Source: an uncultured Chloroflexia bacterium (GTDB taxonomy: Bacteria; Chloroflexota; Dehalococcoidia; DSTF01; WHTK01). From it: DNA of 64,000 nt. The stretch spans positions 398,290 to 462,289 of the forward strand of contig CAVQCN010000003.1 in the NCBI GenBank assembly GCA_963711035.1, written 5' to 3'. Below are positions 54,101 to 61,955 of the stretch, piece by piece (the stretch's first letter is position 1; the number at the start of each line of letters is the position of its first letter). The notes under the pieces were generated by a model. The model saw only the letters and a program-made list of their open reading frames with translations. It was not told the DNA's origin and made no database searches. Position numbers and translations under genes: made by a program.

Positions 54101-54433
54101 CACGAAGGCGTCACGCCGAGCAACCGCCTCGAAGAGCTGGAGCAGGGTGCGCGGGTGACGGTCGGCGGCCTCGTTGCTGTGCGCCAGTCGCCGGAGACAG
54201 CGAAGGGCTTCGTCTTCCACACCCTGGAGGACGACTACGGGTTGATGAACGTGATCACATCCCCACAACTCGTGAGAGACAAGCGATGGCGCCCCTTGAT
54301 CGAGAGCGCCCCGGCCCTCGTCGTCCACGGCCACATCGAGCGCCACGAGCGCTCCATCAACGTCATCGCCGAGCGCTTCGAGGAGCTCGGCGCCATTCAC
54401 TACGCCGAGAAGCGCGTGCACAACTTCGGGTAG
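51170..54433 (+). CDS. dnaE2: Error-prone DNA polymerase III alpha subunit homolog DnaE2 (ImuC)
   Basis: ~1088 aa from ATG at 51170. PHP domain (YVELHCHSAFSLHQG...ITDHD), pol III alpha catalytic core, OB fold. Shorter than DnaE1 and adjacent to imuB. Confidence 0.9.
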   Translation: MRPYRGPVSAGIMRGWPTGEKRHPTPTAVARRMPAGRYVELHCHSAFSLHQGTSRPENLAEMAAALGYRALAITDHDSLAGAMLFAQTAKELGLQAIIGAEITLENETHLTLLCESPRGYANLSRLLSRAHLEALNRDEPRVPFEWLSDYAEGLIALSGCRKGEVASLAEHGELIAAREAATRYRDVFGPANFFIELQDNLVYEDQTRNEHLVALARDLGLGIVATNNVHYAVREQHRLHDVLTAVQHHTNLEEARPHLHANSEFYLKTPAEMERLFAELPEAIENTALIAERCSRFDLTRDLSYEFPDFDSGDGRSADEFLRDECYRLAKERYGTVLGSLPGNVQERLDKELRLIRSSRRAGFFLRLWDILRYAHDNDLPVRGRGSSVGSLVCYLLGLSGIDPITYELAVERFLSEDRPQSDVPDVDLDFGRDARDRMFKYVFETYTTDRAAMVCTFIEYRWASAIRDVGKALGLPESQVDHIAKRMHSRFAQGLRYEMSQMPEFAGRMRFRIWEEFIDLVEQIIGLPRHLSQHSGGIIVAANRMDEQVPLQRTAMEGRYICQWDKDSIADAGFIKLDFLGYPSLDQLNRGLRYVRERYGRMVDPMKDIDLADQEVYAMIQRGDVLGIVQIQSRAQIQVLLRIKVACIQDMIIQVALIRPGPIQGGAVHPYVSRCLGEEEVTYDHPLLEPFLEETKGVFVYQEQVIQAAMAIAGFTSLQADQLRRAMSRKRSREEMEKHRLDFMAGAERNGVNLETANTIYTKILAFASFGFPKSHAAAMAVTAFQVAWLKRYYPAEFYCALLNEQPMGFYTPEVIANDARRHDIEIRPVDVNRSEVECTIEDNVELPSRGAVRLGYRYVKGVGQASLNRLEAERTNGPYRSLWDFWRRTRLSREAIENLIQVGAFAWTGLHERSLLWQLGTFYRPLGAQLPLALLPAETTPSLAEPVHNERVVTDFMLVGIAVRGRMMDLVRDGLHEGVTPSNRLEELEQGARVTVGGLVAVRQSPETAKGFVFHTLEDDYGLMNVITSPQLVRDKRWRPLIESAPALVVHGHIERHERSINVIAERFEELGAIHYAEKRVHNFG

Positions 54434-54569
54434 AAGCTGCACGCGAAGATTTAACTTCGCTGGTACGGATGCATAAACCCGACAGCCTAACTCTCGCCCT
54501 TAGGGGCACAGGTCGGAGGCGAGTGCAGATTCAGAGGCGTTAACCTTCCTTCGCAGTTGGGTGCCTATC

Positions 54570-54615
54570 CCTTCCAAGCAGGCTGTCGCGGGTTCGAGTC
54601 CCGTCCCCCGCTCCA
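54570..54615 (+). repeat. 46-nt direct repeat of the tRNA-Gly 3' half (anticodon loop to CCA, 1 mismatch); att-like boundary of the imuB-dnaE2 islet
   Basis: CCTTCCAAGCAGGcTGTCGCGGGTTCGAGTCCCGTCCCCCGCTCCA matches tRNA positions 49464-49509. Confidence 0.85.
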
Positions 54616-54772
54616 AATTGCAAATTTGAAATCTGGCTAGACACCAAACACCAACCGGTCCGGAGCCGGTGACCTGCGCCGTCGCGGTGAATCCTCGCGC
54701 GACAATAGTCGACTAACTGCCCCCTGCCATGCTCAGAAAGACTATCCTTGCTACATCGCGGGGGGTATCTTC

Positions 54773-55849
54773 GTGGCTGCAGCCCTCTCCCAGAGCAGTG
54801 AGGAAATATTGCAAACGACCCAGGCTTTCGGCTCAACACGCAACACAATCGCAGATCCTCGACGCATTCATCAGGAAAGCGCATACACGGAACTCAAAGC
54901 CCTCATCAGAGCCAAGGGCCTCTTGGAACGGGAGCCGTCTTACTACCTGGTCCAGGCAGGGGTGACCGCTGGTCTGGTCTTGCTCACGATTGTTCTGCTA
55001 GTGACCGCTCACAGCCTCTCGGTACGACTCCTCACGGCCGTTCTCATGGCCGTAACGTCGGCTCAACTAGGTTTCCTCGGCCATGACCTCGGACACAGAC
55101 AAGTCTTCAAGAAGCCGCTGTATGACGATCTGGTGATGCTTGTGATCACCCCACTCCTGGGGATCCTTCCGAGTTGGTGGATCGACGCTCATAATCGGCA
55201 CCACAGCACGCCAAATGATCTTGAACGTGACCCACACACGACGATCCCTGTACTGGCGTTTTCTGAAGGACAGGTTCGGAGGAAGACGGGGATTTCCCGG
55301 TTTCTCATAAGACAGCAGGCGTATTACTTCTTACCGCTCCTATGCCTCTCAATAGTCGGGACCAAGCTAAACGGCATCGTCCATGTCGCAAGAGGACAAG
55401 CGAAGTATCCTCTTGCTGAGGTCTTCGGGTTTTCCCTTCACGTCGTCCTGTATTCCGGGTTGCTCATCTGGACTATGCCTCTTGCAGATGCATTGCTCGT
55501 CGCGACAGTGCATCACGCTTTGACCGGCTTGTATTTCGGATTGATGTTTGCGCCCAACCACAAAGGCATGCCGACCTTCTCGTCCGCGCAACGACCGGAC
55601 TTTCTGCGTTCTCAGGTGCTAACTAGCCGTAACATACGGCCCAACCCGGTCACCGATTTCCTATATGGAGGCTTGAACTACCAAATCGAGCATCACCTCT
55701 TTCCGAACATGCCTCGCAATCACCTCAAAGCTGCCCAGCCGATCGTACGGTCTTTCTGTCTGGAGCGAGGAATAAGCTACTACGAGACATCGTTCTTGAG
55801 GTCTTACTCAGAGGTCTTCGGTCACCTCAAGAAGGTAGTGGCTGTCTGA
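54773..55849 (+). CDS. Membrane fatty-acid desaturase family protein
   Basis: 358 aa; three His boxes (HDLGH, HNRHH, HHLFP) and TM segments. Confidence 0.8.
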   Translation: MAAALSQSSEEILQTTQAFGSTRNTIADPRRIHQESAYTELKALIRAKGLLEREPSYYLVQAGVTAGLVLLTIVLLVTAHSLSVRLLTAVLMAVTSAQLGFLGHDLGHRQVFKKPLYDDLVMLVITPLLGILPSWWIDAHNRHHSTPNDLERDPHTTIPVLAFSEGQVRRKTGISRFLIRQQAYYFLPLLCLSIVGTKLNGIVHVARGQAKYPLAEVFGFSLHVVLYSGLLIWTMPLADALLVATVHHALTGLYFGLMFAPNHKGMPTFSSAQRPDFLRSQVLTSRNIRPNPVTDFLYGGLNYQIEHHLFPNMPRNHLKAAQPIVRSFCLERGISYYETSFLRSYSEVFGHLKKVVAV

Positions 55850-55972
55850 CTTCTCCAGCCATCTGGGCACGGACTTCACCGCTCCCGGATTCAAAGGGAG
55901 ATATAGCAACTTTTCTCGCGGAAGCAATCGGGGCAGTCTGAGACGGCGGTCCGGCCACGAGGAGAACGAACC

Positions 55973-56847
55973 CTACGGCAGAATCTCGATCTGCATCCGG
56001 CCGAGGCGCTCGGCATCGGCCACCAGCTCGATCTCGGTCACCTTGCCATCCCGGACCGTGAAGCTGAACGCCACCACCGGCCTGCCGCTAGCGGCCCACA
56101 CCCCGCCTGGCACGCCATCGATGAGGGCGAGCTGGGCGGCCTGCGCCTGACCCTTGAACTGGTTCGCCACGGCTGTTGCCCCGTGGATGTCCGAGGTGAT
56201 CCAGCCGTTCCGCCGACCCATTTGGAGCGCCGTCTCGTCAGGCCGTAATACGACGTCCGGATCGAGTACAGCCAGCAGCGCCTGCAAGTCACCGTCGCGC
56301 GAGGCTCTGAAGAACGCGTCCACGATGTCCCGCTGCCGCGCCACGTCCCCGCGCGGCCGTCCTCGGACGCGCCCTGCACCCGTCGGCGGCCACGGCTGGC
56401 GAGCTGGCGGGCTGCAGCAGGCGAGCGGCCGACGATGCCGGCGATTTCATCGAAGGACACGCCGAAGACGTCGTGCAACACGAATGCCACGCGCTCGGCG
56501 GGCGCCAAGCGCTGGAGCACTGCCAGCATGGCCAGTCCCACCGACTCCGAAAGTATCGCCTCGTGCTCTGGGTCAGCAGCATCCGGAATCGATTCGCCGT
56601 CCGGCACCAGCGGCTGCTCGCGCCGAGACCGGCGCGAGCGCAGCATATCCAGGCACACCCGCGACACGACCGTGGTTAGCCAGCCGCTCAGGTTCTCCAC
56701 CTGACTCGTGTCGGCACGGCTCAGCCGGAGCCAGGCTTCCTGCACCGCGTCGTCGGCCTCGCTGGCCGAGCCGAGCAGGCGATACGCCACCGTTTGCAAC
56801 CGTGTGCGGTCAGCCTCGAAGCGTTTCGCCAGCAATTCGTCGTCCAT
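55973..56847 (-). CDS. ECF sigma-70 factor with C-terminal SnoaL-like domain (SigJ-like), apparent frameshift near 56330-56350
   Basis: Sigma2 region (...VQEAWLRLSRAD...) and sigma4 (...ERVAFVLHDVFGVSFDEIAGIVGRSPAAARQLASR) are in one frame. The SnoaL-like C-terminus (MARQRDIVDAFFRASRDGDLQALLAVLDPDVVL...) is in the adjacent frame. Confidence 0.7.
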
Positions 56848-57036
56848 CGGTCACAGTCTCCCGTCTTGTTACGTCATATCACTGACGGCCGAGACGCGGC
56901 CGATGTGACAAAGGCATGATGGCGGGCATCACCAAGGTAGCGCACACGTCCGGTTAGGCGCGCCGTGTGGTACCAGCGAAACGGAGCCGGTCACATTCGC
57001 ACGACGTCACCCGTCAGATCGGTGAAGGAGGACGAC

Positions 57037-57390
57037 ATGCAATTCGTAATGGTTATCTATCACGGGAGCTTCCCTCTGCCGGGGTCGGCTGCTTGGAAGG
57101 CGCTGCCCGAAGCGGAAGAGCAGGCGATCTATGCGGACTACGCAGAGCTCAACAAGACGCCGGGGATCACGTTGCGACTTCCCACCATCGCGCCGGCCAA
57201 GGCCACGACGGTGCAGGTACGGGACGGCAAGGCGGAGGTCAAGGATGGGCCGCATCTTGGCGAGGGCATAGGTGGAGCGTTCGTCTTCGACGCTGAAGAC
57301 CTCGATGCAGCGATCGCGCTGGCTTCCCGCATTCCGCAGGCACGCCTGGGTGGTGCGGTGGAGATCCGGCCCGTCGAGAAGTACTTCTGA
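57037..57390 (+). CDS. YciI-like / DGPF-domain small protein (often partnered with SigJ-type ECF sigma factors)
   Basis: 117 aa from the internal ATG (MQFVMVIYHG...). Confidence 0.5.
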   Translation: MQFVMVIYHGSFPLPGSAAWKALPEAEEQAIYADYAELNKTPGITLRLPTIAPAKATTVQVRDGKAEVKDGPHLGEGIGGAFVFDAEDLDAAIALASRIPQARLGGAVEIRPVEKYF

Positions 57391-57439
57391 GCATATCCGC
57401 TCCTCGTTGAGCCTCAAGTCACTGGGAAGGAATCAGAGC

Positions 57440-57835
57440 ATGAAGATCAAGCTGACCAGCATCTACGTGGACGACCAGGAAAAGGCCCTGCGCTTCTACA
57501 CGGACGTCCTCGGTTTCACCAAGAAGGGTGACTTCACCCAGGGCCCATATCGCTGGCTGACGGTTGCCTCTCCCGAGGAGCCCGATGGCACCGAGCTGCA
57601 GCTGGCGCCGAACGCCAATCCGGCCGCCGAGGCCTACCAGCAGGCGATCTTCGGGCAAGGCCAGCCGGCTGCCATGTTCTACACCAACGACGTTCAGGCC
57701 GACTATGAGCGCATCAAGGCTGCCGGGGCCGAATTCACGATGCCGCCCACCAGCCAGCCCTGGGGATCCATGGCAATGCTCAAGGACACCTGCGGCAATC
57801 TGATCCAGCTGACGCAACTGTCCTGGCAAGCCTAA
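57440..57835 (+). CDS. VOC (glyoxalase/bleomycin-resistance) family protein
   Basis: 131 aa from MKIKLTSIYVDDQEKALRFYTDVLGF... Confidence 0.7.
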   Translation: MKIKLTSIYVDDQEKALRFYTDVLGFTKKGDFTQGPYRWLTVASPEEPDGTELQLAPNANPAAEAYQQAIFGQGQPAAMFYTNDVQADYERIKAAGAEFTMPPTSQPWGSMAMLKDTCGNLIQLTQLSWQA

Positions 57836-57982
57836 CGTCTACTCACCGGCGTCGCCGCAACCGTTGCCGCGGCGGCGCCGAACGACGCAGTATCATCGAA
57901 GAACTGCGCTGAGCCGTCTGGCGATCGAGGATACGACCTGCGTAGACGGCTCGGCGTCCATGAGGGAGAGAGGCCTTTCGTC

Positions 57983-58447
57983 ATGCCCTACACCGTGGAT
58001 TTCACGACCGTCTCGACCGTCGGTCTGGAGTCGTCGCCGGTTGCGGCCGCGCTCGCTGGTCTCCGGGCCAACGAGGCCCGCTACTTCAAGAACAAGTACA
58101 ACCACACCTTCACGGTGGAGCCTGCCAGCAACGCCAAGACGGCCATCGACTGGGTGCACCGGATCCTCAAGGAGGAACGCGACATCGTCATCTCGTCGCC
58201 CCCTCTCGAGGCTACTGCCTTTCAGGTCGAGAACATCCGAATGGCCTACGTCTTCTACGAGAGCGGTCTGTCGATCAACGTGATGTATACCGTCGACGAT
58301 CCCAACAAACGAGCGGTCGGGTTCAAGCTCTCCGACGGGATGGAAATCCCCGCGGAGCTCGCCTCACGGTTCAAATTCGCGAGGCAGAAGTCGAGGCTGG
58401 CGGGAACCATTCGTGGTTCCTACTTCGCCTTCAAGACCGAGTACTGA
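57983..58447 (+). CDS. Hypothetical protein
   Basis: 154 aa, no family recognised. Confidence 0.35.
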   Translation: MPYTVDFTTVSTVGLESSPVAAALAGLRANEARYFKNKYNHTFTVEPASNAKTAIDWVHRILKEERDIVISSPPLEATAFQVENIRMAYVFYESGLSINVMYTVDDPNKRAVGFKLSDGMEIPAELASRFKFARQKSRLAGTIRGSYFAFKTEY

Positions 58448-58683
58448 TCCCGGATCGGCTCTCGTCAGGTCAGCCACTTCGTGCCGGTCCTGTCCCGCTG
58501 CTCATTGGGTGAGCCGGCCGTCTTACCGACATCCGACGGAAGAGTGAGCTTCCCGCAGCACGAGGTGTCGTGGGGAGCCCTATTGTCCCAACGACGCGGC
58601 GAACCTCGACGGAGGCGCCATGTGGCCGAAGGGAGACGACCTTTCCAACTCGACTCGCGTTCATCTTCTGGTGATTGAGCTGG

Positions 58684-59820
58684 CTATGACAGCCCGTACA
58701 GCGCGGCCGCGTTGTCGTGGGTGAGCGCCCGGCGTGTCTCCGGCGTCAGCTGCGCCATCTGACGCTCCACCGTTGCGCGAGAGTTGGGCCACGTGCTGTC
58801 CGGGTGAGGATAGTCGGAGGCCCAGAGGACGTGGCCTTCGCCGAAGAAGTCGAGCAGGCTCATCGCTACGTAATCTTCCTGGAACGTGACGTAGACCTGC
58901 CGCTTGAACAGCTCGCTCGGCTTGAGCTGCAGGTTGACGCCTCCGTGCTGCTGCCAGTACTCCCTTGCCTCCCAGAGTCGCCAGTGCCGGTAGTCCAGCT
59001 CCTGGACGATCCAGGGCAGCCATCCCAGGCCGCTTTCGGCCATGACCAGGCGGAGCTTTGGGTGGCGCTCCAGGATTCCCCAGGCGAACAGGTCGACGAA
59101 GGGGTCGAGAAACTGCCCCATGAACAGCTTCGCGTTTGAGAAGACGCTGGCGGGCGTGCCGGTGGCCGGATCGCTGGGGTCGTTGAGACCGAAGACGACG
59201 ACGTGGAACGACATGATGAGGCCGGTCTCTTCAAAGGCGTTCCACAGCGGCTCCCAGGCCTTGTCGTGCAGCCGCGGGTTCGCGAGCGCCACCTGGATGT
59301 TCGCCTGCCGTATGCCGCCCATCTTGGCCAGCCGGTAGACCTCCTGGGCGGCCATCTGCGGGTCCTCGGACGGCAGGATGGCGATGCCGAGCAGTCTGTC
59401 CGGTGCGACGGCGCAGAACTCGCCCAGCCAGTCGTTGTATGCCTTGATCGTGAACCCTCGTAGCTCGGGGTCCGGTATCTGCATGGACGCGACGGGGCCG
59501 AAGAGCGAGTGCGCCTGAACGCCGTCCCGGTCCATGTCCGCCAGCCGCATCCCGGGATCGGCCGGACGGCGCCCCACCTCGTCGATGCCGCCGCGGTCGA
59601 AGGCATTGAACGTCGCCTTGGGGCCCGCCGGTCGCGGCTTGCCGCCCGCCCAGGGCGCCCACCGCCGTCCGTCGATGACCCAGGACGGCGCGTCGTCCTG
59701 CTCCTCGACGTGCGCGACCCGTTCTCGAAGGTTCGCCGGGGCTCGCGAGGTCCAGAGGTCGGCGGGCAGGTACTGGATGTCAAGGTGGTCGTCGCACGAG
59801 ATCATCTTGTAGTCGTTCAT
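58684..59820 (-). CDS. Amidohydrolase-2 family protein (ACMSD-like TIM-barrel metal hydrolase)
   Basis: 378 aa; ISCDDHLD...DYPHPDSTWP. Confidence 0.75.
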   Translation of the reverse strand: MNDYKMISCDDHLDIQYLPADLWTSRAPANLRERVAHVEEQDDAPSWVIDGRRWAPWAGGKPRPAGPKATFNAFDRGGIDEVGRRPADPGMRLADMDRDGVQAHSLFGPVASMQIPDPELRGFTIKAYNDWLGEFCAVAPDRLLGIAILPSEDPQMAAQEVYRLAKMGGIRQANIQVALANPRLHDKAWEPLWNAFEETGLIMSFHVVVFGLNDPSDPATGTPASVFSNAKLFMGQFLDPFVDLFAWGILERHPKLRLVMAESGLGWLPWIVQELDYRHWRLWEAREYWQQHGGVNLQLKPSELFKRQVYVTFQEDYVAMSLLDFFGEGHVLWASDYPHPDSTWPNSRATVERQMAQLTPETRRALTHDNAAALYGLS

Positions 59821-59862
59821 GTGTCCATCTCCGGTGGTGCAGGCTTCTCCAGGTTCGCAGCC

Positions 59863-61011
59863 TCAGTCGGCGAGGCCGTACATCTGGTTGAGTTCTCGAT
59901 AGCGCTCCGGATCCAGCTCTCGGCCCGCGAGGCCGGGGAAGTCGGGCGCGTAGCGATGGGCGCGGAACACGGAGTTGCGCGCGCCGACGCGTGAGCTGAA
60001 CGGGCTGATCCATTCCCAGACGATCTGGCCGCGCTGGGTTACCTCGAAGATACGCCCCGTGCCGCCCTCGCAGATGAGCGTGTTGCCGTTGGGCTGTCGC
60101 TCGGCGCCTGAGATGTGACTGCTGAAGAACTGCGCCTCCGGCTCGGCGACGTATCGCCAGACCGTGCTGCTGTCCTTCGGGTTGACCTCGATGACGCTGG
60201 AGCGCGGGCCGCCGCGACGGTGCATGCCGTTGTCGAAGATCTGGATGTTGCCGTTGGGCAGGACCGTGGGGTGGTGCTGGTGCGACAGGTTGGGGAAGGT
60301 GTACTTCCAGATCACCTTCTCGCGCGACGGGTCGATCATGCCGACCAAGCTGTTGTTGCGGCAGGAGAAGACGAGGTCGCCGTCGCGGTCCATGGCGATG
60401 CCGTTGAGGTGCGTCCATTCGTTGCGCGCCTCCAGCGGGCAGATGGCGTCTCGCACCGGGTCGAGCAACTGCCACAGGTGTGTGCGGCCGACCTCCTTGC
60501 CGCGGGCGTCGATCTCGAGGATGTCGTCGGAGATCAGCTTCGGTTGCGGCCGCTCGCGAAAGCCGCCCCGCACGCGCTTTGCCATCTCTTCGTCCAGCTC
60601 GATCCACAGCGGCAGCAGGGTGTTGCCGTTGGGCAGGCGCATGAAGTCATGGTGGGTGGCGACGTTGTCGTAGGACCAGAGGACGTTGCCGTCCCAGTCC
60701 ATCTCCTGGATGCGCGTGTAGCCGCCGCCCAGGGTCCGGATACGTTGCTCGAAGGTGCCTGGCGCGGCGCCGCTAGCCGGGCGCAGCGGGATGTCCGTAT
60801 CGGTGCCGGTGACGAGCAGGGTGCCGTTGGATTGCAGGCGTCCGTACCAGCTTCGCAAGCCGGGGAGGCTCCAGCGATGCACGATGCGTCCCGCCATGTC
60901 CAAGAGGTAGCTCCCGTCGCCGCCGCTCGGCGTGATCAGCGTGTAGCCCTTGAACGAGTGCGGCGCAAAGTGATGCGTGAGGCCCGTAGGCCGAAATGGC
61001 GACCATCCCAT
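59863..61011 (-). CDS. Arylsulfotransferase (ASST)-family beta-propeller protein
   Basis: 382 aa; repeated LPNGN.. blade motifs typical of ASST. Confidence 0.6.
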   Translation of the reverse strand: MGWSPFRPTGLTHHFAPHSFKGYTLITPSGGDGSYLLDMAGRIVHRWSLPGLRSWYGRLQSNGTLLVTGTDTDIPLRPASGAAPGTFEQRIRTLGGGYTRIQEMDWDGNVLWSYDNVATHHDFMRLPNGNTLLPLWIELDEEMAKRVRGGFRERPQPKLISDDILEIDARGKEVGRTHLWQLLDPVRDAICPLEARNEWTHLNGIAMDRDGDLVFSCRNNSLVGMIDPSREKVIWKYTFPNLSHQHHPTVLPNGNIQIFDNGMHRRGGPRSSVIEVNPKDSSTVWRYVAEPEAQFFSSHISGAERQPNGNTLICEGGTGRIFEVTQRGQIVWEWISPFSSRVGARNSVFRAHRYAPDFPGLAGRELDPERYRELNQMYGLAD

Positions 61012-61051
61012 CTGGTACCCCTCTGCTAGCGGCGGCGCGCTCTCCTGTCGT

Positions 61052-61894
61052 TCACCCGGCCGTGAAGACTTGCAGGTCCTCGCCTACGGTTACCGGGCCT
61101 TTGAAGTCTCGTGCCGCCTCGTCCTGCAGCTTCTCAGTCGTGCCGCCGCGCATGACGAGGTGGCTGAGCACGAGGTGCTTGGCGGCGGCGTCCTGCGCGA
61201 TCTTGCCGACCTCGTCCGACGGAGTGTGGTAGGCGTTCACGGCCCGGCGTCGCATGATCAGCCACGGATCGGCGTCGGCGGGCGGTTCGGGGCCCGCCTC
61301 GATCACTTCGTGCACCAGGATGTCGGCGCCCTGCGCGCGCTGGATCAGGTTCTCGCAGCGTCTCGTGTCGCCGGAGATGACGATGGAGGCGTCGGGGCCG
61401 TCCATGCGATAGCCGAAGGCTTCATCGACCTGCACGTGGTCGACGCGGAAGGCGCCGAGTTGCCAGTCGGAGCCGGCACACTTCCAGCCTTCCTCCACCT
61501 CCTCGACCTTTGGGATAAGCCACTCCTTGTGCAGGCCTTCGCCGTCTGGCGTGCGGGTGCGCACGGCGATGTCGTAGGCGAAAGCGTCGAGCAGCGTCTC
61601 GACGAAGCGCTTTGTACCGGGCGGCCCGGCGATTTCGGGCGGCGCGTCCCACCAGCGACCTACCCAACCGGCCCAGAGCAGGTCGGCGAGGCCGGTGATG
61701 TGGTCGGAGTGCAGGTGGGTGATGGCTAATCGCCGGATGGAGCGGCGCGCGTAGCCAGCCTCGACGAGGCGATGGGCGACGCCAGCGCCGCAATCAATCA
61801 GCACCAGATCGCCGCCGGACTCGATGACTTGGCTGGGCCCGCGGCGTTGCGGATTGGCGCCCGGCGTGCCCGTGCCGAGCAGCGTGAGCTTCAT
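61052..61894 (-). CDS. MBL-fold metallo-hydrolase (RNase Z / beta-lactamase superfamily)
   Basis: 280 aa; HLHSDH metal-binding motif. Confidence 0.75.
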   Translation of the reverse strand: MKLTLLGTGTPGANPQRRGPSQVIESGGDLVLIDCGAGVAHRLVEAGYARRSIRRLAITHLHSDHITGLADLLWAGWVGRWWDAPPEIAGPPGTKRFVETLLDAFAYDIAVRTRTPDGEGLHKEWLIPKVEEVEEGWKCAGSDWQLGAFRVDHVQVDEAFGYRMDGPDASIVISGDTRRCENLIQRAQGADILVHEVIEAGPEPPADADPWLIMRRRAVNAYHTPSDEVGKIAQDAAAKHLVLSHLVMRGGTTEKLQDEAARDFKGPVTVGEDLQVFTAG

Positions 61895-61955
61895 ATCTTC
61901 CCTGTGCCCCTCTCTCGCCCCGCAAGCCTACGCTGAAGGCCGCGATTTCGCCAGA

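Noticed and set aside
49434-54615. Looked for an integrase, transposase or excisionase inside the tRNA-flanked islet
   Set aside because: All coding capacity is taken by imuB, the small ORF and dnaE2, and the flanking intergenic regions are under 250 bp. No recombinase is present.
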